NCBI GenBank assembly: GCA_964016885.1
Contig: OZ024743.1
Span: forward strand, 155,806,001 to 155,870,000
Reading direction: 5' to 3'
Source: Eledone cirrhosa
Lineage: Eukaryota
Length of the DNA stretch: 64,000 nt
Below, piece by piece: positions 1 to 14,100 of this stretch (position 1 is the first letter of the stretch; each line of letters starts with the position of its first letter). The notes beneath the pieces are model-generated. The model was not told the origin of the DNA, did not search any database, and was given only the letters and a program-made list of their open reading frames with translations. A program made the position numbers and the translations under genes.

Positions 1-17
1 TGGTAAACAATGACACA

Positions 18-230
<213 letters not shown>

Positions 231-377
231 TATTTTCCGTTGTGTTGTAATATAAATATTACACACAGTAGATTGACAGCTCACGTAGAGTTTGCTCGAC
301 GGTTCCAGTTGTAGTTCCAAAACTAATCCGGAGAAAAATAGAAAGATTTGAATGGATACAGTTTAGTTGAAAGGAAT

Positions 378-498
378 TTATTGACACGTGTTTCTATAAC
401 AGTTACATAACCTGAAAACTGCTGCTATCTACAAAGTAATAGTTATGTAGACATTCAATATTTCAATGTTATTATTTACTGTCATTTCATCAGAATAA
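378..498 (-). ncRNA. Type I hammerhead ribozyme in Penelope pseudo-LTR
   Basis: Reverse complement of 3641-3761: ttatt-CTGATGA-stem II-GAAA-cacgt-GTC-aataa. Confidence 0.8.
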
Positions 499-1045
499 TA
501 TTACTGAGGGCCTGTTTGGTTTTTATAGAGAATATTAGGAGGGAGGGGTGAAGTTGTTAGAAGAATAGTTGAGGGAGTGGTTTTTTGATAGCAGTGAGAA
601 TTTTTGGTGGCAGTGAGTAATTAGATTCCCATCTGTTGTTTTGACATTTTTATAGAATATATTATTGGTTATTTTTCTAAATCTATAGAAGGATTAGAGA
701 TAGTAAAGATATGCGTGGTTGGTTTCGTGTTTGCACTTAATTAACATTCAGACTTAAATTTTTCTTTTAAGTGTACCTATCCTTTCACCCACGCATTCAC
801 ACACAAACATATTTGCACACCTCTACAAAATACATATACTCACATTCACATAGTAACATGTTCATACTTACATACAATAACACATGCATACATATATATA
901 TACACACATGTATGCATGTGCATACATACGCGTTCATGTGTATACATTTTTATACTCAACTTATCTTTATATACACACGTATAGACACACACATATATAC
1001 ATACATACTCTAGTCTATGTGTATATATATACATATATATATCTA

Positions 1046-1145
<100 letters not shown>

Positions 1146-1420
1146 CACTTTAATACATGAATACACTTACACCTGACTCTACACATCAAACATATATATA
1201 TATTTCTTATTTATATACATTTTCACATATATATACATACTTATGGTCGCTTTTAGACACATTCATTATCGCATTTTTGCACCTATTCTCATCAGCATAT
1301 CTTTCCATTATTAGTGTGGTAATTTGAGGTTATTAATATACATATATATGTTGAGAAGAGATTGTTTTTATATTTTTCTAACTAGATTGAGGTTTATATA
1401 GTTGGGGGGATGCCCCTCTT

Positions 1421-2227
1421 TTATGTAATATTCGGCTTGTAGTGGGAAAAAAGGGTTTTAGTTCGGTGACGGCAGAATAATGTTCCTTCAATTCTGTTAT
1501 TCAGCAATTTCTTCTTGTGTGTGATTATGTAATAAATCTCAAGATTACACAATTTGCAGAAATTTTGGCTCCTGGAAAAGCTTTGGGTTTTAGCTAATTT
1601 CTCCCATTTTAGGGTAAACTTTTGATCGCTATCCCTGAGCGTCCAAGCTTTTTCTGCTAATGTTGTTACATTTCTTTTGCTCTGGTGTTTTATTGAGTAA
1701 GAATGCCTATATAATCGAGATTTAAACGATGTTGCCGTTGATCCCACGTAATAACACTCGTTGCCTCCGGATTTAATGGTACACTTATAAATAATATTTT
1801 TTTCCAGGCAGTTATTGCCGAGGGCGCAGTTGTCAGGATAGGTGCAGTTACAGTTGTGTACGTTGGGTTTTCTCTGGAGTAGTATTGCGGACGAACATAG
1901 GTGTCGTTTATTTATGTTCTGTAGTGTATTGTCTACTGTTTTTTTTGTGTTCTTTGTATTTAAGTTTTTAGTGTTTTCGTTTAACCTTCTAGTATTGATC
2001 ATTTTTATGTGTTGTTCAAGGTTTAACGCTGTAGAGTATGACAGTCTTATAGTGGTAGGGTTTAGGATTTTGTGGTATTTGTGTGATGTAGGAAAATGTC
2101 TCTTAATTATTTTAAAGAAGAGTACTGGTAAATTTGTACTAATGGAACTATTGTATTTGGGGTTATACCATAAGTACACTTTGCATCGCTTTCTATTAGT
2201 TTTGTTTGTTGGTTTACTGGTGTGCAT
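1421..2227 (-). pseudogene. Penelope-like GIY-YIG endonuclease domain (C-terminal fragment of the RT-EN ORF)
   Basis: GIY-YIG-like IIY...YVG motif preceded by a CxCx5C linker; no RT core upstream. Confidence 0.85.
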
Positions 2228-2470
2228 ACTATGGTAGTAAGTGTGGTTTGGTGTTGTGTTATTATATCTACCTATGTGGGATTTATTTTGGGTGTTTTGA
2301 TTGTTCTCATCTATATACTCTATTTTGTTGAGGTAGCCTGCTTTACTAAGGGCGTTATCGTAGTACTCGGCGTGTTCCTTAAATACTTGTATGTTAGAAG
2401 ATAGACCCGAGATTCTAAGGGAAATATTTTTAGGGATAGAATAATATTCGAAACGGTGGATTGTCGGACT

Positions 2471-3828
<1,358 letters not shown>

Positions 3829-3934
3829 GTTTTATCGCTCTACATGGATGAATACATTGAATTACTATTTATTAATATTTGAAACGGTGGATTGCCAGTA
3901 TCGGTAGATGGTCGGACGCCCTGCTTTCCACCAT

Positions 3935-4045
3935 AGTTACATCCCTTTACGATCTGAGTTCTAATCCCGCTGAGGTTGACTTTGCCTTTCATCCTTACGG
4001 GGCCGATAAAATATAGTACCAGTAATGCACTGGATAATTGCTGGC
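3935..4045 (+). mobile_element. SINE fragment (cephalopod-type)
   Basis: ctgagttctaatcccgctgaggttgactttgcctttcatccttacggggccgataaaatatagtaccag; a reverse-orientation relative lies at 43590-43665. Family recognised from memory only. Confidence 0.6.
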
Positions 4046-4725
4046 CTTGTTCCAAATGTACAAACAATTATTAATATTCGAAAAATTCAGATTGCAATTA
4101 TATGAATTAGAGATAGTTGTCTCCGGAAGGCCTGTTTAAAAACTCTCCTTCTGGACCTTCGTAGCATGAGGTTGGTGTCGATGAAGAAGAAGACGAAGAA
4201 GAAGAAGAAGAAGAAGAATAAGGCATACTAGAGACACTACTCTGTTGGCCAGTGCGTAATTTAAAATGTTTTCACCTTTACGCAAACGAGTTTTCCTCAA
4301 TTATCATCCAGCTCTCTTGAACCAATCTACTTTTCCTAAATATTTCCTTTTTAAGTTACAACAATTTCTTTAGCCAACCAGCCAATTATTTTTAACGTAA
4401 TATACGTTTTTTGCTTTTTTTCTCGCACTTAAGTTTACTTCAGCGAATTTCATATAAATAGCATTCTCAATATTATTGTATCAATGAAATGAACATTTGA
4501 ATATAAATGTATATATGTATACAAGCAATGGACAACATTTAGAGGAAATAATTTTGAAGCATCTACGTAAGAGTATATGATTTTTTACCGGAAAGTATAA
4601 TCAGGTTTGAAAGGATATGAAAATATCTACATACCACGAACACTATTTATTTGGCTTCTCTTAACTGCATTGAGAGCCCCCTTATCATTTATTGAATGCT
4701 AGCTGGAAAGGAATTTTCTCTCATT

Positions 4726-4744
4726 CTCTCTCTCTCTCTCTCTC

Positions 4745-4808
<64 letters not shown>
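4726..4808. repeat. (CT)n microsatellite
   Basis: Direct reading. Confidence 0.95.
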
Positions 4809-4809
<1 letters not shown>

Positions 4810-5321
4810 TTCCAATCTTCTTTATATCACTCGCACTCTCTTATTAACATTGTGGAAAATCATACCGCGAGAAACAAGATGATCACCCCAATTATATTTC
4901 AACTCAACCTATATTCCTAGAACTAATCTTATCTGAGACTTAGTAAGGAAAAAAAATTCAAAAATGATCAAACGTGGAAGACATTTTTAAATACATATGT
5001 TGTTAGATACAAAAGGGCAAACCTCTCGAATCACACTATATTTAAGAGAGTAAAAAATAATATGAACCATACCAACATCATTATTGTTTTATTCCATCCA
5101 TTATTGATCCATTTGGTTGTTCCACTTTGATTTTGTTCTTTTTATTCACCTTTTTTATTTTTACTTTTGATTTGTGGCATCTTTCCTATTCCAAATCTGC
5201 AATAGAAGTCCCCACTAGGCAATCGAGATTAACTTTGGAGAGAGGGATGAATAAAAACAACGTTTACTTCGGTTTCCAATTTTGCCATCGAGACGCTTTA
5301 AATTTCAACGTAAAGTATATA

Positions 5322-5352
<31 letters not shown>

Positions 5353-5359
<7 letters not shown>

Positions 5360-5677
5360 AGATAGGAAAAACAGGTGAAAGTGAAAATTGAGAGAGACAA
5401 AGATGAAAACAAAACAAAGGTAGAAGGGTTACCGTAGTAGAGATTTAATCCCAATATTTCGGGCTCACGCCCATTAACGGCATTCCTATCTTAACGACAT
5501 CACAACTTTCTCCGCTTGGCCTGTTTCCCCCCTTTTGGAACTTTTCCCCCGTTGATGGGCGTGAGCCCGAAATATTGGGATTAAATCTCAACTACGGTAA
5601 CCCTTCTACCTTTGTTTTGTTTTCATCTTTGTCTCTCTCAATTTTCACTTTCACCTGTTTTTCCTATCTATATTTCA
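5353..5677. repeat. Foldback element: ~128-bp inverted arms with ~70-bp spacer, between (AT)n tracts
   Basis: 5353-5480 is the reverse complement of 5549-5677 with very few mismatches. Confidence 0.9.
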
Positions 5678-5727
5678 CTTCCTACCTCCAGATTTTCCTC
5701 TGCATTGTTGTGGCTTTCCTAAATACG

Positions 5728-5803
<76 letters not shown>

Positions 5804-6079
5804 TGGAATAGAATGAAACGAAATATCATTTCTCACTCTTAGTACGCAACTTACTTAAATGTAAGTATGTATACGCACATACATATATGTATACAGACGT
5901 ACAGTAGTATGTATATATATACATACATGCACACATATATATATGCACGTATCGGTTTACCGAACATTTATTATAATGCTCAATTTGTTTGTTTGTAAAA
6001 ACAAACAAACAGCCTGAATTACGCCGTACATAAGGAAAGTATATACTTTCAGACGTTCAACCATCTGGCAGGAAGGTAT

Positions 6080-6122
6080 ACGATGCTGACGATAGCTAAT
6101 AAGCTTGAAACTAGTACATCGT
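6080..6122 (+). ncRNA. Minimal type I hammerhead ribozyme
   Basis: acgatg-CTGACGA-t-agct-aata-agct-t-GAAA-cta-GTA-catcgt: 6-bp stem I, intact core, palindromic ctag stem III. Confidence 0.88.
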
Positions 6123-6525
6123 TCCTATGTCAGTGTTGAACAAAAAGGTGACGTGGTTGCCTAAACACTGTACGTCGTAATTCGGGCTGTTTGTTTGTTT
6201 ACAAACAAACAAACCGAGCATTATAATAAATGTTCGGTAAGCCGATGCGTGCATATATATTTATGCGCATGAATGTATATATATGCATAATACTGTACGT
6301 CTGTATACATATATGTATGTATGTATACATACATACATATTTACATTTAAGTAAGTGCCGTACTAAGAGTGAGAAATTAAATTTCGTTTCATTCTATTCA
6401 ATTTATCGTTTTCGGTGCACCCAGCCGACTGAACTCACTCTATATGCAAATTAGGCTGCTCAGCCGTTAATATACATAAGGAAGGTATATACTTTCAGAC
6501 GTTCAACCATCTGGCAGGAAGGTAT

Positions 6526-6568
6526 ACGATGCTGACGATAGCTAATAAGCTTGAAACCAGTACAATGT
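6526..6568 (+). ncRNA. Minimal type I hammerhead ribozyme (second unit, stem I with one mismatch)
   Basis: acgatg-CTGACGA-tagctaataagctt-GAAA-cca-GTA-caatgt. Confidence 0.75.
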
Positions 6569-6795
6569 TCCTCTGTCAGTGTTGAACAAAAATGTGTCGT
6601 GGTTGCCTAAACACTGTACGGCGTGGTTCGGGCGGTTTGGTTGTTTACAAACAAACAAACCGAGCATTATAATAAATGTTCGGTAAAAGGATACGTGCAT
6701 ATATATATATATATATGTGTGCAAGTATGTATATATATACATACAACTGTACGTATGTATAATTATATGTATGTACGTATACATACATACATACT

Positions 6796-6868
<73 letters not shown>

Positions 6869-6881
6869 GAAGAACACACAT

Positions 6882-6944
<63 letters not shown>

Positions 6945-7960
6945 GGAGGTGAGTTATATTGTAGTACAATAAAGCAATGCAGATATCGGTAATAAAGCAC
7001 TCTACTGTTTGTAGGACTGGAGTATACATAATATATAAGAACAAAAGATGGTTAAAAGAGTTCCATGTATTTTATTATGCGCATTTCAAAAACAAATATC
7101 ATCATGCAATAATATTTGTGTTTTCATCAGATATTACAGGAAGACATGATATGAAGGTTAAAAAACACTTGTGGATAGTTCAGTTTTAAATCAACATATG
7201 AGAAGTAGTTTTAGATTGATGTGTGATATTGGGAAAAATATTTTATTTAGAGGGGGCGGGTTGGAAATGATGAACAAGTGGAGGAGATGAGAGTAAAAAG
7301 TGGAGAGGGAGGAGTATAATGAGGAAGGATGAGATAGGAGGAGAGATGGGTGATAGAGAGAGAGAGATAGCTTTTATAACTGAGAAAGATATATTGTTTT
7401 ACATAGAGAGGTTGAAAACAGTTGGAAGATAATGTATGAATTAAAAGAATTTGAAATTTAACGCAGAGAAAAATAATGTAAAGTTAAGGTTTGTATATTG
7501 AGGGGTTTGATAATATGTGAGATGAAAAAGAAAATGTTAATATGTATTGAGAATAATAATATTTAAGGTTTAATAATATGTGCGATGTTAAGAAAATGTT
7601 GATATGTATTATTAAAAGGAATAACAGGTTATTTAAGTAAGGAAATGTTGAGATGAGCATGAATGGGTTAGATGAAAGGGAGAAAAGAATAATGAATTGA
7701 GGATGAATAATCTAACGTCAAAAAAATGTGTATATGTTTATGAAGGATTTTTACAAGGTGATATAGAGTAAGAGTGTATAGTATTATGTAATAATTGATT
7801 CTATGTTAGGCAAGAGTGAGAAAAGGTACAGATTAGGGGTTAGACATTAAAAGAAGAAGAGAAGAAAGCGAAGTGATAAATAGGGGCGATGTAGAATGAG
7901 TAACAAGTATTATAAAATGTATAATAACCTTTGAAATAAGGTAGAAAGATGGGTATATTT
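6945..7960 (-). mobile_element. Degenerate Penelope-like 3' end/pseudo-LTR
   Basis: Strong purine/pyrimidine strand skew like the other pseudo-LTRs here, hammerhead at 7073-7133, ends at (AT)n. Confidence 0.5.
7073..7133 (-). ncRNA. Hammerhead ribozyme, intact core but weak stem I
   Basis: Minus strand: tat-CTGATGA-aaac-acaaatat...atatttgt-tttt-GAAA-tgcgc-ATA-ata. Confidence 0.62.
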
Positions 7961-10900
7961 TAAGAACTTATGGGTGAATAATCGAGCTGAAACTGGCGGA
8001 AGTGAGCAGAGAGATTAGATTGGAAATGGAGAGTGGAGTCTGCCAGGCAAACGAGCCAGTGGGAAATGAAGTTGAAGAGGTTGAGGGACCGGAGGAACCA
8101 TCCGAAGCAGACAATGATCTGAATGCTGACATAAATAACATCTGGAACAAAGATACGGCCTTTGAGGAGATGAATGCTGACGGGCTAGGACAAGAGTTGG
8201 TTGATATCCTAAACTTAGTGGTAGATGAAATTAACAATGATACTGGGAAACCTATGAACCTAAGATTTGTAGACAGGAAAAAGTTAAATGTAACAACAGC
8301 TAAGGTAAACAAAGTCATCACATACCTTGAGGCGAGGAGCCTTCACTAGTGCAACAGTATCCTCAAAGCAACAGCAAAAGTGGTGAGTAAATTACTTGGC
8401 ATAAAAGCAAGAGGAAACAACAAACAAGAAACGACTGAATGGTCAAATCAGGGAAATGAGAAATGACATTGGAAAGCTTGAGTCCCTACTGAATGGGACA
8501 CTAAAAAACATAGACACTAAAAATAGACTGGAAATAAAGTACAACACTAGGAGGAAAAAGCTAAATATTATCAGAGAGGAACTGAAGCAACGCATTGTAG
8601 CAAAGAGTGCAAACATTAGGCGATACGAGATTAGTGTCAGTCAGTATAGACAGAACCGCATGTTTGACAACAACCAGTATATGTTGTTTGGACAGCTTGA
8701 AAGGAAAGAAAGAAGCAAGATACTTGATGCATTAGGCAGAACAAACTAAGACATTCTGGAGATGAATATGGGAGCAGGATGTTAAACATAATGACCAGGC
8801 AGTGTCGATTGAGACAGTACACAAGGAGATTAGTGAAAAGCACGCCAACAAACTGTTTTGAGTATCAGAGTTGAAACTCTTAAGGGGCAGGCCAAAATAC
8901 TAACCAACTGGAAATCACCAGGCCCAGATGGTGTGCAGGGGTATTGGATTAAAAATATAACACCTCTCCACCCGAAACTGACAACCATGTTCAATGACTG
9001 CTTGATGTCAGGTGATGTACAAGAGTGGTTGACAAAATGTACCACAGCTCTGGTAATGAAAGACCGAATCAAGGGTAATGATGTTACCAACTATAGACCT
9101 ATCACATGTCTGTCCGTAATGTGGAAACTGTTGACAAGCATTGTGTCTGGGGAAATCTACCATCACCTCCACATAAACAACTTGTTACCGGACGTACAGA
9201 AAGGATGTCCAAAGAAGTGCCGTGGTTCAACGTACCTGTTACTTATTGATAAGATGGTAATCAGGAATTGTAAGAGGAGACACACTGGTCTTGCCATGGG
9301 ATGGATAGACTACAAAAAGGCATTTGTCATGGTACCTCATTCTTGGATCATCAAAAGCCTAGAGATCTTCAAGGTGGCAGATAACATCAGACAGTTGTTG
9401 AGCAAAAGTATGAAGTCCTAGAAAACAAAGTTAACATCGGGTGGAGAATCTTTTGGAGGCGTGAAGATCAAGAGAGGTATCTTCCAGGGAGATAGTCTGT
9501 CCCCTCAGTTGTTTGTCCTTGCTCTGTTAACCCTGACCGTTATATTGCGAAAAAGGAGAGCTTACCATCAATAACCTCCTCTATAATGTACGATCTGAAG
9601 CTTTTCGGGAAGAGTCAGAAGGAGTTGGATGTGCTTGTTGACACTGTCCGTATTTTCAGCAATGATATATGTATGCAATTTGGTATTAGTCAGTGTGGAG
9701 TCCTTGTGAGGAAGAGGGGTAAATTGAGCAGAAAGAACGGAATCCCGGTGCCATCAGGTGAGATGATAAAGGAAATTGACACTAAAGAAGGATACAATTA
9801 TTTGTGTGTTCTGGAGGCTGATGACATCAAGAACAAAACGTGAAGGAGAGTAAGGAGCGTATTAAAGTCACATCTGAACAGTAGGAATGCCACAAGTGCA
9901 GTAAATCCCGAGCTGTGTCTATTACTAGGTACAGTGCGGGAATTCTGAGATGGAATGCTGCTGAACAAAAAGAAATGGATAGGAAGACTAGGAAACTATT
10001 GTCTATCTACAACCTGTTCCACAAGAGGAGTGATGTTGATAGACTCTTCTTAAAGAGATCTGAAGATGGAAGAAGTCTTATCAGCATAGAGGACTCTGTT
10101 CAGATAGAGAAAAACAATCTACACAAATACGTGCCTGATTGTAAGAAGGAAATGCGCAGTATTGTAATGAAGGAGAGGACAATAGACAGGGGATGTCCAA
10201 GGAGGAAATAACAACAAGGAGAAAGAACAGCCTTTATGAAAAATCCCTTCATAGTACCTTCTTTGAGAAAACTGAATTTAGAGATCCACAGACATGAAAC
10301 TTGTTGAAAAGAGGAAACCTTAAAAGCCTACAGAATGAATGCTAATGGCTGCCAAGAGGAGGCCCTCAAAACGAAGTAGGGTGAAACACCATATTTACAG
10401 GAGGAAGCTAGTCCACTGTGTGGAGAGAGGAGACTGTGGCTCACATTGTATCCGAGTATAAACACCTAGCCCAGACTCACTATAAAGGCTGGATACATGA
10501 TATATGGGCAGGGTGATCCACTGGCACCTATGCAAAGTAAACAATTTACCACATTATGAGAAGTGGTATGAGCATAAGCCAGAGTCGGTTATAGAAAACG
10601 ATCAGGTGAAGGTGCGGTGGGATTTTGAGGATACAGACGGACAAGAAACTGGAACTCAATAAACCTGACCTGGTGGTTTTGGACAAGGAAAAAAAGATGT
10701 TGGCTGATTGTGGATGTAGCCTGCCCATTCGACACAAGAGTGAAGGAGAGGGAGTAAATTAACCGATACCAGGACTTAAAGTGTGAGGTAAAAAGTATTT
10801 GCAATTGCCATGAAGTCAAAGTGGTCCCGATTGTTATAGGCGCACTGGGTACTATCGCAAAGAGTTTCCAACGATGGTTAAAGAAAATAGGCCCCGCCCC

Positions 10901-11046
10901 GCTTTTTGGAACACTTCAAAAGGCATGCTTGCTGGGAACAGCAAGAACACTCCGATACGTCCTGAATATCTGAGGCTGCAGGTAGTGGCTTGATATTCAT
11001 TTCAACAAACTTTACAGTTAAATAACATCAATGACTGAGACTCAAA

Positions 11047-11047
<1 letters not shown>
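7961..11047 (+). mobile_element. R4/Dong-type RLE non-LTR retrotransposon, family a, copy A (5'-truncated, decayed)
   Basis: Fragments with [39 protein letters not shown]; many stops and frameshifts; followed by (TAA)n 11048-11131. Confidence 0.92.
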
Positions 11048-11131
<84 letters not shown>

Positions 11132-14100
11132 CGAACACTACATTAATAATATATAATAATAATAATATTCGAACACTACATTACAATGAAACTTTTGCTT
11201 ATTCATTTTTGGGGCCCTTTCTGCCTGTGTGTTTGTTTGTTTATGTGTGTTCGTATACAGCGTGGTGATAATGCCACACAAGGGCCAAGTGGGATGGCGG
11301 ATCCACAGATGGCTATGTAACTATATATTCGCCAATCCTCGATAAGAGTGTTTTAATATCGAACATAAACAGTTCGAATAACGGTGAAATGGAGACTAGA
11401 ACGTCATGTGACAGACTCTCACCCAACAGGTGCCCCCTGGCTCAGCAGCAAGAACCTGACTGTCAACCAAATACTGCTGATGTTGGAGGAAGAAGAAGAA
11501 GGAAAGGGGCCAGAACCAACTGGACGAAAGAATTGAATAGAACTGTTATGCAATGCTACCTGAAAAGTAACCCCAAGGAGAGGGGCTACAGGAGACGGAT
11601 GCATAACATCTGGAACGAGATTGGTTTATTTAAATTAGATGAACAAAAATTGGCCGGGCAGGCTCGGGTAATAAGAACTAATGGGTGGATAAACGAGCTG
11701 GAACTGGAGGAACTGAGCAGAGAGAATGGCTTGGAGATGGCGGGTGTAGTATGCCAGACAAGCGAGCCAGTGGGAAATGAAGGTGAAGAGGTCCTGAGAA
11801 CGGAGGAACCACCCGAAGCAGACAATGATCTGAATACTGAGATAAATAATACCTGGAACAGAGATACGGCCACTGAGGAGATGAATGCTGACGGGCTAGG
11901 ACAAGATTCGGTTGACATCCTAAATTTAGTGGTAGATGAATTGAACAATGATAGTGGGAGACCTATGAACCTAAGATTTGTAGACAGGAAAAAGTTAAAA
12001 GAAACAACAGCTAAGGTAAACAAAGTCATCCCATACCTTGAGGCGAGGAGCCTTCACCAGTGCAACAATATCCTCAAAGCAACAGCAAATACGGTGAGGA
12101 AACTACTTGGTATAAAGGCGAGAGGAAACAACGGACAAGAAAGAGCAGAGCCGTGGTGGAAGAAGCGACTGAGTGGGCAAATCGGGGAAATGAGAAATGA
12201 CATAGGAAAGCTTGAGTCACTACTGAATGGGACACTAAAAAACATAGGCACTAAAAATAGACTGGAAATAAAATACAAAACTAGGAGTAAAAAGCTAACT
12301 ATTGTCATAGAGGAATTGAAGCAACGCATTGTAGCAAAGAGTGCAAAAATCAGGCGATACGAGAACAGAGTCAGTCAGTATAAACAGAACCGCATGTTCG
12401 ACAACAACCAGAAGATGCTGTTTGGACAGCTTGAGGGGAAAGAAAGAGGCAACGACTTGATCCCTGGGGCGGAACAAACTAAAACATTCTGGAGAGGAAT
12501 ATGGGAGCAGGATGTTAGACATAATGCCCAGGCAGGGTGGATTGAGACAGTACAGAGGGAGATCGGTGAGCAGGCACAACAACAAACTGATTTGAGTATC
12601 ACAGTTGAAACTCTTAAGGGGCAGGCCAAAAAACTAACCAACTGGAAATCACCAGGCCCAGATGGTGTGCAGGGGTATTGGATTAAACATTTAACATCCC
12701 TCCACCCGAAGCTGACGGCCATATTCAATGACTGCTTGGTGTCGGGTGAGGTGCCAGAGTGGTTGACAAAAGGTACCACAGTTCTGATAATGAAAGACCG
12801 AATCAAGGGTAATGATGTTACCAACTATAGACCTATCACATGTCTGTCCGTAATGTGGAAACTGTTGACAAGCATTGTGTCTGGGGAAATCTACCATCAC
12901 CTCCACATAAACAACTTGTTACCGGACGTACAGAAAGGATGTCCAAAGAAGTGCCGTGGTTCAACGTACCTGTTACTTATTGATAAGATGGTAATCAGGA
13001 ATTGTAAGAGGAGACACACTGGTCTTGCCATGGGATGGATAGACTACAAAAAGGCATTTGTCATGGTACCTCATTCTTGGATCATCAAAAGCCTAGAGAT
13101 CTTCAAGGTGGCAGATAACATCAGACAGTTGTTGAGCAAAAGTATGAAGTCCTAGAAAACAAAGTTAACATCGGGTGGAGAATCTTTTGGAGGCGTGAAG
13201 ATCAAGAGAGGTATCTTCCAGGGAGATAGTCTGTCCCCTCAGTTGTTTGTCCTTGCTCTGTTAACCCTGACCGTTATATTGCGAAAAAGGAGAGCTTACC
13301 ATCAATAACCTCCTCTATAATGTACGATCTGAAGCTTTTCGGGAAGAGTCAGAAGGAGTTGGATGTGCTTGTTGACACTGTCCGTATTTTCAGCAATGAT
13401 ATATGTATGCAATTTGGTATTAGTCAGTGTGGAGTCCTTGTGAGGAAGAGGGGTAAATTGAGCAGAAAGAACGGAATCCCGGTGCCATCAGGTGAGATGA
13501 TAAAGGAAATTGACACTAAAGAAGGATACAATTATTTGTGTGTTCTGGAGGCTGATGACATCAAGAACAAAACGTGAAGGAGAGTAAGGAGCGTATTAAA
13601 GTCACATCTGAACAGTAGGAATGCCACAAGTGCAGTAAATCCCGAGCTGTGTCTATTACTAGGTACAGTGCGGGAATTCTGAGATGGAATGCTGCTGAAC
13701 AAAAAGAAATGGATAGGAAGACTAGGAAACTATTGTCTATCTACAACCTGTTCCACAAGAGGAGTGATGTTGATAGACTCTTCTTAAAGAGATCTGAAGA
13801 TGGAAGAAGTCTTATCAGCATAGAGGACTCTGTTCAGATAGAGAAAAACAATCTACACAAATACGTGCCTGATTGTAAGAAGGAAATGCGCAGTATTGTA
13901 ATGAAGGAGAGGACAATAGACAGGGGATGTCCAAGGAGGAAATAACAACAAGGAGAAAGAACAGCCTTTATGAAAAATCCCTTCATAGTACCTTCTTTGA
14001 GAAAACTGAATTTAGAGATCCACAGACATGAAACTTGTTGAAAAGAGGAAACCTTAAAAGCCTACAGAATGAATGCTAATGGCTGCCAAGAGGAGGCCCT

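Larger units (their letters stand above)
5805..6800 (+). mobile_element. Non-coding hammerhead-bearing tandem repeat (446-bp period) with inverted partial unit; retrozyme / non-autonomous Penelope-like candidate
   Basis: Units start at 6029 and 6475 (cataaggaa.gtatatactttcag); ~5805-6030 is an inverted copy of ~6169-6399; homologous array at 57037-58240. Confidence 0.75.

Noticed and set aside
1285-1300. CTGATGA on - (and at 2838 on +)
   Set aside because: No stem II/GAAA/NUH arrangement follows, so it is not a hammerhead.
1421-2227. Selenocysteine use in the better-preserved Naiad-type ORFs (also 47044-48513, 58943-59518)
   Set aside because: Linker positions are ordinary Cys (or Tyr) codons with no in-frame TGA.
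11586-12906. Recurrent antisense ORFs (MTLFTLAVV, MVTSLPLIRS, etc.) in every family-a copy
   Set aside because: Shadows of the sense ORF; they recur only because the element is repeated.
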